A DNA stretch of 64,000 nucleotides from a virus: the IMG/VR virus record IMGVR_UViG_3300020530_000006; one strand, given 5' to 3'. The first letter of the stretch is position 1. Each line of letters starts with the position of its first letter. Below the pieces are notes generated by a model. That model was not told the DNA's origin and made no database searches. It saw nothing but the letters and a program-made list of their open reading frames with translations. The translations under genes and the position numbers were made by a program. Shown piece by piece: positions 47,797-56,093 of this stretch.

Positions 47797-48162
47797 ATGA
47801 ATATTGTAATTTTAAGAGGTAATCTAACGCGCGATCCAGAATTAAGAACAGTTAATAGCGGAGAGAAGCAAACATCTGTTGTTTCATTCACCGTTGCTGT
47901 ATCAAAGGATTTTACAAGAGCTAATGGAACTAAAGATAAGATTGTTTCATATGTTCAATGTGAAGCATGGGATACCGGAGCAGAAGTTATTGGTGAGTCC
48001 TTTAAGAAGGGCGATCTGGTAATGATCGAAGGTAGTCTGAGGAACGATAATTGGGAAAAGGATGGTGTCAAGCACTCGACACTTAAAGTTAGAGTAAATA
48101 ATTTCTCAAAGATTACAAAGTTAAAGAAGCGAGAGTCAGCAGAAGAAACTGTCGCTTTCTAA
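47797..48162 (+). CDS. ssb: single-stranded DNA-binding protein
   Basis: MNIVILRGNLTRDPELR, FTVAV, KKGDLVMIEGSLR..WEKDG, acidic tail ending in F. Confidence 0.93.
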   Translation: MNIVILRGNLTRDPELRTVNSGEKQTSVVSFTVAVSKDFTRANGTKDKIVSYVQCEAWDTGAEVIGESFKKGDLVMIEGSLRNDNWEKDGVKHSTLKVRVNNFSKITKLKKRESAEETVAF

Positions 48163-48180
48163 ATCCTAAATATTTATTAA

Positions 48181-48214
48181 AGACTTGGGGATGGAAACAT
48201 CCCCTGTCTTTTTT
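48181..48214 (+). terminator. rho-independent terminator
   Basis: GGGGATG-GAAA-CATCCCC hairpin followed by T6. Confidence 0.88.
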
Positions 48215-48251
48215 AAATGCTATATCAACAATCAACCCTATCTTAATTAGC

Positions 48252-49844
48252 ATGTCAAAAAAAAGAATTCTAATGTGCGCCGAATTTCATGGTATAAATT
48301 CGGGATTCGGTCGATATACAAAAGAGATTTTATCTAGACTACATAAAAATCCGAACTATGAAATAGCAGAATTCGCGTCTTATTGTAGTGATTCTTATGT
48401 CAAAGATGTTCCTTGGAAAGTATATCCCAATATCGTAGCCGAAGGACACAAAGACTTTGAAGTATATAAGTCTAATCCAATTAATCAATTTGGCCAATGG
48501 AGATTTGAAAAGGTTGTTTTACACTTCAAGCCAGATATAGTTTTTGATATAAGAGACTATTGGATGTTTTCGTATCAAGAAATGTCTCCACTATTAAGTT
48601 ATTTTCATTGGGTTGTTGCTCCCACTATAGATTCTATTCCACAAAAAACAGAATGGCTTAGAACGTTTAATAACGCAGACACGGTTTTAACACATACCGA
48701 CTGGGCAGCAAACTATCTGCTTTCTGTTAATAATAAAATTAAGTTTTCTGGGTGTGTTTCTGATTCTGTGGATAGCGATGTATTTAAACCAGTAACTTGG
48801 ACCAAATCATATCACAAAGCAAAATACAACATTCCTTCCGATGCTATAATAATAGGGTCGGTCATGAGAAATCAAAAAAGAAAGCTAATACCAGAATTAT
48901 TTGCCTCACTAAGAGATCTAATAAATAAAACAGATCAAAAGATTTTTCTTTATTTGCACACTTCGTTTCCGGAAGCCCAAGGATGGAATATACCAGAGCT
49001 TTTACAAGAATACGGTGTTTATAATAATGTATTATTTACATATTATAATCCAAATAATAAGAAAGCCTATTGTTCTCTATATAAAGGCGCACGAATAAAT
49101 TGCCCAGATGATGCTGGGCATTGCATATTTCCAAATGTTATTAATGGTTTAGACAACAATCAACTTGCAGAAATATATAATTTATTTGATATCTATGTAC
49201 AATATGCCATATGTGAAGGATTAGGAATTCCACAATTAGAGGCTGTGTCATGCGGCGTACCTTTGTTTGCCGTAAATTACAGTGGAATGAGCGAAATACT
49301 GGCTAAAGTAAATGGAACGCCAATAGATTGTGTTTTAGCAAAAGAACTAGAGACTGGGTCGGATAGAGCCACTCCTATAAATTCTGATCTTGTAAACAAG
49401 GTCTTATCCTGGATCTCTTTGAGTAAAAAAGAGAAAACAGAACTTTCTAAACAAACAAGAAAGCTTCTTTTAGAAAATTATAGTTGGGATAAAACGGCAG
49501 AAAAACTATGTGATGTTTTTGATAGTCTTGAACCAAAAAATTGTTGGAATAAACCAATGATAACTCAAAATTTAAATGTTCCAGATAAACTATCTAATAG
49601 AGAGTTTGTTAATTTTATCGTTGAGAATATATTATGTGAACCCAGATTAAAGCAAACACATTTTGTACAAAATCTTATTAGATATATGGATGAATCTTAT
49701 GATACCAATAATATTGGAGAAAATAAAGCTCCAAAACAACATGTTGTTAAGTCTTTAGAGGTATTTCTAAATAATAAAATTTATTGTGAAAAACTTCGTA
49801 ATGGTGAAATAGACATATCTGGCGAGATCTTTTTAAATAAATAA
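48252..49844 (+). CDS. glycosyltransferase family 4
   Basis: SGFG, VMRNQKRK, LYLHT, YNLFD...CEGLGIPQLEAVSCGVP. Confidence 0.88.
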   Translation: MSKKRILMCAEFHGINSGFGRYTKEILSRLHKNPNYEIAEFASYCSDSYVKDVPWKVYPNIVAEGHKDFEVYKSNPINQFGQWRFEKVVLHFKPDIVFDIRDYWMFSYQEMSPLLSYFHWVVAPTIDSIPQKTEWLRTFNNADTVLTHTDWAANYLLSVNNKIKFSGCVSDSVDSDVFKPVTWTKSYHKAKYNIPSDAIIIGSVMRNQKRKLIPELFASLRDLINKTDQKIFLYLHTSFPEAQGWNIPELLQEYGVYNNVLFTYYNPNNKKAYCSLYKGARINCPDDAGHCIFPNVINGLDNNQLAEIYNLFDIYVQYAICEGLGIPQLEAVSCGVPLFAVNYSGMSEILAKVNGTPIDCVLAKELETGSDRATPINSDLVNKVLSWISLSKKEKTELSKQTRKLLLENYSWDKTAEKLCDVFDSLEPKNCWNKPMITQNLNVPDKLSNREFVNFIVENILCEPRLKQTHFVQNLIRYMDESYDTNNIGENKAPKQHVVKSLEVFLNNKIYCEKLRNGEIDISGEIFLNK

Positions 49845-49846
49845 TA

Positions 49847-50950
49847 ATGGATAATATACTATATATCGGACCATATAGAGAATTTAGCGGAATAGGAAAC
49901 GCATCACGATCCTATTTAAAGGCCCTTATCCATAGTGGACATAATATTAGCGTAAGACCAATATATAATATTTTTAAAGGATGTCCCGAAGAAGAAATTG
50001 ATCAAGATATTTTGGAACTAGAATCCAATTTTAGTAAAAAATACCATAAGGTTATTCAACACTGTTTTCCTCATCAGTTTTGTTTTAACAGCAAATTTGA
50101 TCAACACATAGGGATCGTTCATCTGGATTCTTTTAATTATAAGAATAATGTCTTTCAATATTTGGATATCATGGATGATATAATTGTTGGATCCTCTTTT
50201 GTTTATAATCAACTTAACAAACAAACATCTGCTAATATACATATTGTGCCAGAGCCTATAGATCTTGATAGTATTAGAGAATATAGAAATAGTACAAAAA
50301 AAACAGAAAAGACAACTTTTAATTTTTATTGCATAGCCGACTTTATAGACAAAAAAAATATACAAAAAGTTCTTTTGTGTTTTATAGATCTAATAAGACA
50401 GTATGAGAACGTGGAACTAGTTATTAAAACCAAGTCTTATTTAGGCGAAGAAATTATAATAAAAGATAAAATCGAATACGAATTTTCTAAAATATACGAT
50501 TTATATAAAACATCAAAAATAAAGAAGAAACCCAAAATAGTTGTTGGAGATGTTAAAACAGAGGCTATGTACTATATACATAATAATAATGATTGTTTTA
50601 TCAATGTTTCTAGCGGAGAAAGTTTTGGACACTCAACATTAGAAGCTATGTCTTTTGAAAATAGTATAATAGTAAACAAAAAAATAGGCAGTCACGACAT
50701 AGTTAAAAATGGTTGTGGATTTTATGTAGATAGCGTTACTAATAACTGTTTTGATGCGGATAGACTATTTCCTATGTATAATACGCCACAACAACTTATT
50801 CACGAGCCTGTGATACATAGCATATTTGATCAAATGAGCAATGCTATAAATGAATCCTCAGAATCTAAAGAAATAAGAATCAAAAAACAAAAAGAACAAA
50901 TACTAGATTTTTCTATAGATAAAATTTCTTCATTAATTAGTAACATATGA
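49847..50950 (+). CDS. glycosyltransferase family 4
   Basis: SGIGNASR, FYCIADFIDKKN, SSGESFGHSTLEAMS. Confidence 0.82.
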   Translation: MDNILYIGPYREFSGIGNASRSYLKALIHSGHNISVRPIYNIFKGCPEEEIDQDILELESNFSKKYHKVIQHCFPHQFCFNSKFDQHIGIVHLDSFNYKNNVFQYLDIMDDIIVGSSFVYNQLNKQTSANIHIVPEPIDLDSIREYRNSTKKTEKTTFNFYCIADFIDKKNIQKVLLCFIDLIRQYENVELVIKTKSYLGEEIIIKDKIEYEFSKIYDLYKTSKIKKKPKIVVGDVKTEAMYYIHNNNDCFINVSSGESFGHSTLEAMSFENSIIVNKKIGSHDIVKNGCGFYVDSVTNNCFDADRLFPMYNTPQQLIHEPVIHSIFDQMSNAINESSESKEIRIKKQKEQILDFSIDKISSLISNI

Positions 50951-51420
50951 TAGCCAATATTATAAATAAAGAAGCTGTGACGGCTGATCCGACAATAAAC
51001 ATATGTATGTCGCGTCATGAGAGTCAATACTGCAAAAACTACTTTAAAGAAATATTTCCAAAATCTTTTGTGGTAGATTTTGAAGATTCTTATTATGGGA
51101 ATATGGAGCCCACTATTATAATTTGTAATAATAGATTAACACACCTAGAAAAAAGTATAGAATTAGCTAAATTTTTTCATACTCCACTAATTATTATAGA
51201 CCACGACACAAAACCAGAGTTGGTAACAAATCAAACCAAAAGTGAGTTTTTAATTAGTCCTGTATCTCAAATAGCTTTATCTAAGGATATATATTTTTCT
51301 TGGAATAAAATACATGATGATATTATTGATCTAGCATTGGAAAATAAACCAAAATGGAAAAACATAATGTATAATATGTGTAAGCAAAGTTTTAAAATTA
51401 AAATAAATAAGATAAAATAA
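50947..51420 (+). CDS. hypothetical protein (possible GT-B fragment)
   Basis: 157 aa; PTIIICNNR..H.PLIIIDH resembles a GT-B N-domain segment. Confidence 0.55.
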   Translation: MIANIINKEAVTADPTINICMSRHESQYCKNYFKEIFPKSFVVDFEDSYYGNMEPTIIICNNRLTHLEKSIELAKFFHTPLIIIDHDTKPELVTNQTKSEFLISPVSQIALSKDIYFSWNKIHDDIIDLALENKPKWKNIMYNMCKQSFKIKINKIK

Positions 51421-51421
51421 A

Positions 51422-51895
51422 ATGGCAAAAAAAACTAAATTAAATAAAATATCAAAATTAATACAAAAAGACACTAATTACTTTATTCATATTTTTGAAT
51501 CAAATAAAGATCTAGATAATTTTGAGTTTATAGATCTAGAAACATTTTTTAAAAAACATAAAAAAAATGAATCTTGCAATGATATATTAATATCCGATCT
51601 ATTAGAATATTTTAGTGAAGCGGATAGTTTAGAGGTTCTTTCCGGCATATTATCTAAAATGAAAAAGGGCAGTAGATTGTATGTGCAGGGTACGGATATA
51701 TTGTCTGTATGCTCTAGTTTAATAAACAACCAGATTACTCCGTCGATGTTTAATATGATAGTTTATGGTTTGGGTAAAAAACATATGTTTACTTTTGGAA
51801 ACATCAAATCTCTTTTAAGTGGACAAAATTTGCAAATTAATCAAATAAAATTTATAAATGGCATAAACTATTATATAGAATGTACTAAGCTATGA
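51422..51895 (+). CDS. degenerate methyltransferase-like protein
   Basis: DLLEY...LSKMKKGSRLYV.G.D matches MTase C-half; no glycine-rich SAM motif. Confidence 0.55.
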   Translation: MAKKTKLNKISKLIQKDTNYFIHIFESNKDLDNFEFIDLETFFKKHKKNESCNDILISDLLEYFSEADSLEVLSGILSKMKKGSRLYVQGTDILSVCSSLINNQITPSMFNMIVYGLGKKHMFTFGNIKSLLSGQNLQINQIKFINGINYYIECTKL

Positions 51896-52569
51896 CTGGT
51901 ATAACGTATGCTATTATTGCTTGTTATATAGACAAAGGCATGAAATCAAAAGGCTCAAAATGTTTGATGGAGTTTAATAAAAAAAAATTATTAGACTATC
52001 AAATAGGTAATATAATATCTGGACATAATAAAAAAATACCATATGAAATTATTATTATAACTAATTTTGAAACTCAAAAAATTCAAAAACACTTCTCAGA
52101 AAAAGCAAAGATTATTGAACACAAAGAACTTGTTAATCCAATAGTTCAAATATCGGAAGAAGCCAAATATAAAAATATCTTTTTTATAGACTATGGTTGT
52201 GTATACTCAAAAGATATCATCAATAATTTAAAATTTGCTGATTCTTTTATCTTATCTATTAAAAATAAAGCCAGTAACGAATTAGATGTTGGAATTACAA
52301 AAGATAATACTGATATTATAACACATATGTTTTTTGGTTTAGAAGACTGCAAATTCACAAATATGTTTTATCTATCAGAATCAGACACAACTAGAATATT
52401 AAAAAATATCAGCATCCACAGAAATAACTTATTATATTTTGAAATTATTAATTTTTTGGTAAATCAAGGTTCGTTAATAGCCACCAGACCGATAAATAAA
52501 AACCTATTCATCTTTTTTAATAATGCGAGACAAAAAAATGGAATTACAAAATTCATCAAAAATAATTGA
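51892..52569 (+). CDS. degenerate sugar nucleotidyltransferase-like protein
   Basis: AIIAC..KGMKSKGSKCL...LLDYQI, IIITNFE; GxGxR glycines lost. Confidence 0.6.
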   Translation: MTGITYAIIACYIDKGMKSKGSKCLMEFNKKKLLDYQIGNIISGHNKKIPYEIIIITNFETQKIQKHFSEKAKIIEHKELVNPIVQISEEAKYKNIFFIDYGCVYSKDIINNLKFADSFILSIKNKASNELDVGITKDNTDIITHMFFGLEDCKFTNMFYLSESDTTRILKNISIHRNNLLYFEIINFLVNQGSLIATRPINKNLFIFFNNARQKNGITKFIKNN

Positions 52570-52915
52570 TATAAGTCTATATTATAAAACTATAGACGAA
52601 AATATTTTTAAAGAACAAGCATTTGTGGAACTTATAAACATGCTTGTAAAAAAAGAATTAATTTATAAGTATAAATACGCGTTCTATACTGACGCATATT
52701 TACTAAAAACTAATATTTATATACCAAATTTTCATACTATGTATTTGGCTAATGGCAGTCATAATGTGGTGATAAAAAATAGTGAGGATCTTTGGCTTTT
52801 AGAAATATTTAATAATAATCGTTATTATGTTCTAGACGATCCAAATGATACTTTCGATTACGAAAGTCATGGGATTATAAAATTACGTCAACTAAAAGAT
52901 ATAGGGATAGAATAA
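52538..52915 (+). CDS. hypothetical protein
   Basis: 125 aa, coupled. Confidence 0.65.
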   Translation: MELQNSSKIIDISLYYKTIDENIFKEQAFVELINMLVKKELIYKYKYAFYTDAYLLKTNIYIPNFHTMYLANGSHNVVIKNSEDLWLLEIFNNNRYYVLDDPNDTFDYESHGIIKLRQLKDIGIE

Positions 52916-52916
52916 A

Positions 52917-53708
52917 ATGAATTATGAAAATTTATCCGATGAAAAAAAAACAGAGTTATTAAAAAAGCTATACATCAAAGAACAAAAATCATTTAAGCAA
53001 ATTGCGGATGATTTAGGCTCCTATTCTAATAAGATTCGGAGAGATGCAAAAAAATTAAATATACCAATTAGAACAAAAAGCGAAGCTCAAAAAAATGCTT
53101 TAAGCAATGGTACGATAAAGCATCCGACCAAGGGTAAAAAAAGACCAGATGATGTCAAAGCTAAAATAGGTTTGTCTGTTATGCAAAGTTGGGAGAATCT
53201 GACCGAGCAAGAATTTAAACAAAGGCAAAAAAAAGCCAAAGACACATGGGAGTCCATGAGCGAAGATCAAAAAGAACGAATGGTAAAACTAGCCAATGAG
53301 GCTGTAAGATCGTCTAGTAAGACTGGGTCTAAGTTAGAAAAGTTTTTATTGGATAGTTTGATTAAAAATGGATATCGAGTAGAATTTCATAAAGAACAAA
53401 ACTTACTGAATACAAAACTACAGATAGATATATTTTTACCAGAAATTAATACTGCTATAGAAGTTGATGGTCCGTCGCATTTCTTGCCAGTTTGGGGAGA
53501 AGAATCTTTAAAAAGAAACATCAAGTATGACAATAAAAAAACAGGACTTTTGCTCGGCAAAGGCTGTGCTATCATAAGAATAAAGCAAACCAAGGATTTC
53601 TCACCAGCACGAGCGAGTTTAATAGCACAATCAGTTCTAGACGAGCTTGCAAAAATAAAAAATAAATTTCCGGAACCCAATAATAGGACTATAGAAATAG
53701 GAGACTAA
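52917..53708 (+). CDS. putative homing endonuclease (HTH + NUMOD3-like + Vsr/DUF559-like nuclease)
   Basis: SFKQIADDLG HTH; KGKKRPDDVKAKIG; SKLE...IDIFLP..AIEVDGPSH. Confidence 0.75.
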   Translation: MNYENLSDEKKTELLKKLYIKEQKSFKQIADDLGSYSNKIRRDAKKLNIPIRTKSEAQKNALSNGTIKHPTKGKKRPDDVKAKIGLSVMQSWENLTEQEFKQRQKKAKDTWESMSEDQKERMVKLANEAVRSSSKTGSKLEKFLLDSLIKNGYRVEFHKEQNLLNTKLQIDIFLPEINTAIEVDGPSHFLPVWGEESLKRNIKYDNKKTGLLLGKGCAIIRIKQTKDFSPARASLIAQSVLDELAKIKNKFPEPNNRTIEIGD

Positions 53709-53709
53709 A

Positions 53710-54471
53710 ATGATGGCAAGACCAAAAAAGAATTCTACAGAAACTACGGAGGTAGAGGCGGTGTGTTCGGAATCGACCAAAAACACAAATGATATGAATA
53801 AGCCTAATCAAAACGATATTGGTTGGACAGACTATGTTCTAGGATTGTTGTCTGATGACGAGAAAATAAGCGGCAACCCTACTACGGACGGATTAAGGCG
53901 TGTCTTTGAAATAGCATTAAATTGTGCTGTTGTAGAATCTACTAGTAATGTTGTTCAAACCCCCGATATTAACAACGAAAAACGAGCAACTGTGGTTCAT
54001 ACCATAGGCTATATATTAAATAATTCCGACAGCAACAGCGATCCCATGCTTTTAAATATGAGGACTGTGAGCGGCGCTGCGGACGTTTATTGGGGTAATT
54101 GCGACAAGGTGTTTAGAAATCATCCGGTTGCCGTTGCCGAAACACGAGCCGAAGGACGAGCATTAAGACGAGCACTTAAACTACGCAAAGTAGTGGCTGC
54201 GGAAGAATTGGCCAAAGATATTGAGGACCATCCTGATCATGATACTGTAAATAAGATTACTAATAATCAGATTAATTTTATTGATGTTCTTAGTAAAAGA
54301 CTAGATATCAATGTTAATAAGATGCTAGAAAAACTTGGATACGAAAGCAAGAATATCTATAATATAGAGCATGCAAATGCTATTGAAATTAGTAAACTAT
54401 TATCGTCATATCAGCAAGATATTTCCGCAATCACTGAGGATATAAAAGGATATGACACAAACTGGAAGTAG
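53710..54471 (+). CDS. putative Rad52/Sak-like single-strand annealing protein
   Basis: GL.R, ATVV, G.AD, AVAETRAEGRALRRAL..AAEE; C-terminal ITNNQINFI helical module. Confidence 0.55.
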   Translation: MMARPKKNSTETTEVEAVCSESTKNTNDMNKPNQNDIGWTDYVLGLLSDDEKISGNPTTDGLRRVFEIALNCAVVESTSNVVQTPDINNEKRATVVHTIGYILNNSDSNSDPMLLNMRTVSGAADVYWGNCDKVFRNHPVAVAETRAEGRALRRALKLRKVVAAEELAKDIEDHPDHDTVNKITNNQINFIDVLSKRLDINVNKMLEKLGYESKNIYNIEHANAIEISKLLSSYQQDISAITEDIKGYDTNWK

Positions 54472-54479
54472 GGTGTTAT

Positions 54480-54806
54480 ATGAAATTAAATTACAAGGTT
54501 AGTGATAAACTACAATTTGAACTTGAGGGTGCTGGTCAAAAAGAAGTATTTAAGGAATTAGCTATTATTCAAGAAATTTTTGGCGAGAAAAATTGTGGTT
54601 TGTGCGGTAAGGATAGTATCAGATTTGTGGTTCGTAATGTTGAAGATAATGATTATTATGAACTACGATGTGATTGTGGTGCTATACTAGCATTTGGTCA
54701 GCATAAAAAGGGTGGCACTCTATTTCCAAAACGCAAAGATGATGAGGGTAACTATTTGCCAAATAAAGGCTGGCATAAATGGAATAAAGAAGTTAAGGAT
54801 AGGTGA
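54480..54806 (+). CDS. Zn-ribbon hypothetical protein
   Basis: CGLCG...CDCG, LFPKRK, GW.KW. Confidence 0.75.
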   Translation: MKLNYKVSDKLQFELEGAGQKEVFKELAIIQEIFGEKNCGLCGKDSIRFVVRNVEDNDYYELRCDCGAILAFGQHKKGGTLFPKRKDDEGNYLPNKGWHKWNKEVKDR

Positions 54807-55300
54807 TGAGTCCTCTTTATTTTAATAATGGAAAATTATTAATAGTTAATGGTAAGTTAGCAACTAACAGCAATTGCTGCTGCGGCGGCGGATGCCCGCC
54901 GGGCTCAACGTGCTGTGGCTACTACCAATACAAGGTCGATTACTGCGAACAGGTTGGCGGCGAGTGGGTGCAAGCGTTCGGTTCAAACCCTGGAGATCCC
55001 TGCGAGTGCTGCAATGGCTTTGAAAGCAGAGTTTGGTTTGAGGGCGACCTAGGCTTTGGACTTATTCGCGTCCTTGAATGCCACCGGTACTGGTGCGGCG
55101 AGGAAGTAAGCGGAATCCCCGACTACTGTTGCGGCGACAACGTGACGCAAGAGCAATCAGACTTTTGCAGCCTGTGGTGGATGCGGCTGTCAGGTCAAAT
55201 CCCATCGGACTTGGTTGACCCGGACGCCGTGTGTGCCTATGCCTCATCGTACCCCGCTGATGTCATACAGATTGGGTGCGTCGAGAACCCGTTGCCATGA
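54806..55300 (+). CDS. Cys-rich protein (chimeric AT-rich N-terminus / GC-rich remainder)
   Basis: GKLLIVNGKLATNSNCCC then many Cys; base composition switches at about 54875. Confidence 0.75.
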   Translation: MSPLYFNNGKLLIVNGKLATNSNCCCGGGCPPGSTCCGYYQYKVDYCEQVGGEWVQAFGSNPGDPCECCNGFESRVWFEGDLGFGLIRVLECHRYWCGEEVSGIPDYCCGDNVTQEQSDFCSLWWMRLSGQIPSDLVDPDAVCAYASSYPADVIQIGCVENPLP

Positions 55301-55450
55301 TCCGCTGCCACCTGCACCACCTAGAGGCCCGCTGCCGTCAGCGTGGCTACACGCTCGACGAGGTGCGGCCGTGCATCGTGAGTCAAGACGGCGACACGAT
55401 CACGGTTGACGAGACACATCCGGCTTACCCGAGTGTGCCGAAGCCGGGAC
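54875..55450. other. high-GC foreign segment
   Basis: Counted lines: 33/60 GC at 54901 and 42/60 at 55321, versus 16/60 at 54781. Confidence 0.9.
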
Positions 55451-55740
55451 TATCCTCTGAAACAAAGATTTCACCAAATCCACACACCCCTATCTCTGGC
55501 GTCGGCACAGAATTAAAAAAACTTTTAGGTAAAATTGGAATCAAAGCAACTCCTAATTGCTCATGTAATAAAAAAGCATTACTAATGGATACTAATGGTA
55601 TAGAGTGGTGCGAAAAGAATGTTGATACTATAGTTGGATGGTTAAGAGAAGAAGCGACCAAAAGAAAACTGCCCTTTATTGATATGGCAGGAAGAATATT
55701 AGTTAAACGAGCTATAGGTAATGCTAAGAAGCGGATATAA
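55297..55740 (+). CDS. Cys-containing protein (chimeric GC-rich N-terminus / AT-rich C-terminus)
   Basis: ATGA overlap; LEARCRQRGY..VDETHPAYP then GVGTELKKLL..CSC..MD..G..WC..IVGWL. Confidence 0.8.
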   Translation: MIRCHLHHLEARCRQRGYTLDEVRPCIVSQDGDTITVDETHPAYPSVPKPGLSSETKISPNPHTPISGVGTELKKLLGKIGIKATPNCSCNKKALLMDTNGIEWCEKNVDTIVGWLREEATKRKLPFIDMAGRILVKRAIGNAKKRI

Positions 55741-55915
55741 ATTTAGAAGCAAAACCTTTAGCGGTACATCCTTCTAGGATAGAATACCCAGCACTATTTG
55801 AAACTTTGATTGTTCTTCCTATAAGATCAATATCTCCTCCTGTTACTTTTTCTACACTAAGCCAAGCAAAACCGCTATTAATTTTGGTGATAGTACCAAA
55901 GGATGTGAGATCGAA
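55724..55915 (-). pseudogene. start-less 63-codon open frame, possible remnant of a tail-type gene
   Basis: FDLTSFGTITKINSGFAWLSVEKVTGGDIDLIGRTIKVSNSAGYSILEGCTAKGFASK...; no ATG/GTG/TTG start. Confidence 0.4.
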
Positions 55916-56091
55916 TTAGCAGGATGGCAACCTGACGATTGCCCTGGACATATAGCTAGTGTGCAATTAATTAAAAATTAATTTATAATAATAAATCACA
56001 AATAATAGATAATCTATGGTTACACATAGATAAAGGATCAGAAAAAATGACACCAGCAAGACAGTCTCTTATAGACTATATAGATAAATAA
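55901..56091 (+). pseudogene. start-less, frameshifted gene remnant
   Basis: GCEIELAGWQPDDCPGHIASVQLIK / KLIYNNKSQIIDNLWLHIDKGSEKMTPARQSLIDYIDK*, joined by one extra A at the A5 run 55973-55977; stop lies 2 nt from the convergent stop. Confidence 0.4.
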
Positions 56092-56093
56092 TA

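Noticed and set aside
601-53680. Many 60-157 aa minus-strand ORFs in the track (e.g. 601-912, 28362-28736, 32568-32951, 44803-45276)
   Set aside because: Antisense shadows of well-supported + strand genes; no motifs or SD, composition typical of reverse-frame artefacts
55062-55409. Arg/Pro-rich alternative-frame ORFs in the GC island
   Set aside because: Expected from stop-codon scarcity in GC-rich DNA; the coupled Cys-rich frames explain the region
54875-55450. IS or transposon as explanation of the GC island
   Set aside because: No transposase, terminal inverted repeats or target duplication; both boundaries preserve reading frames
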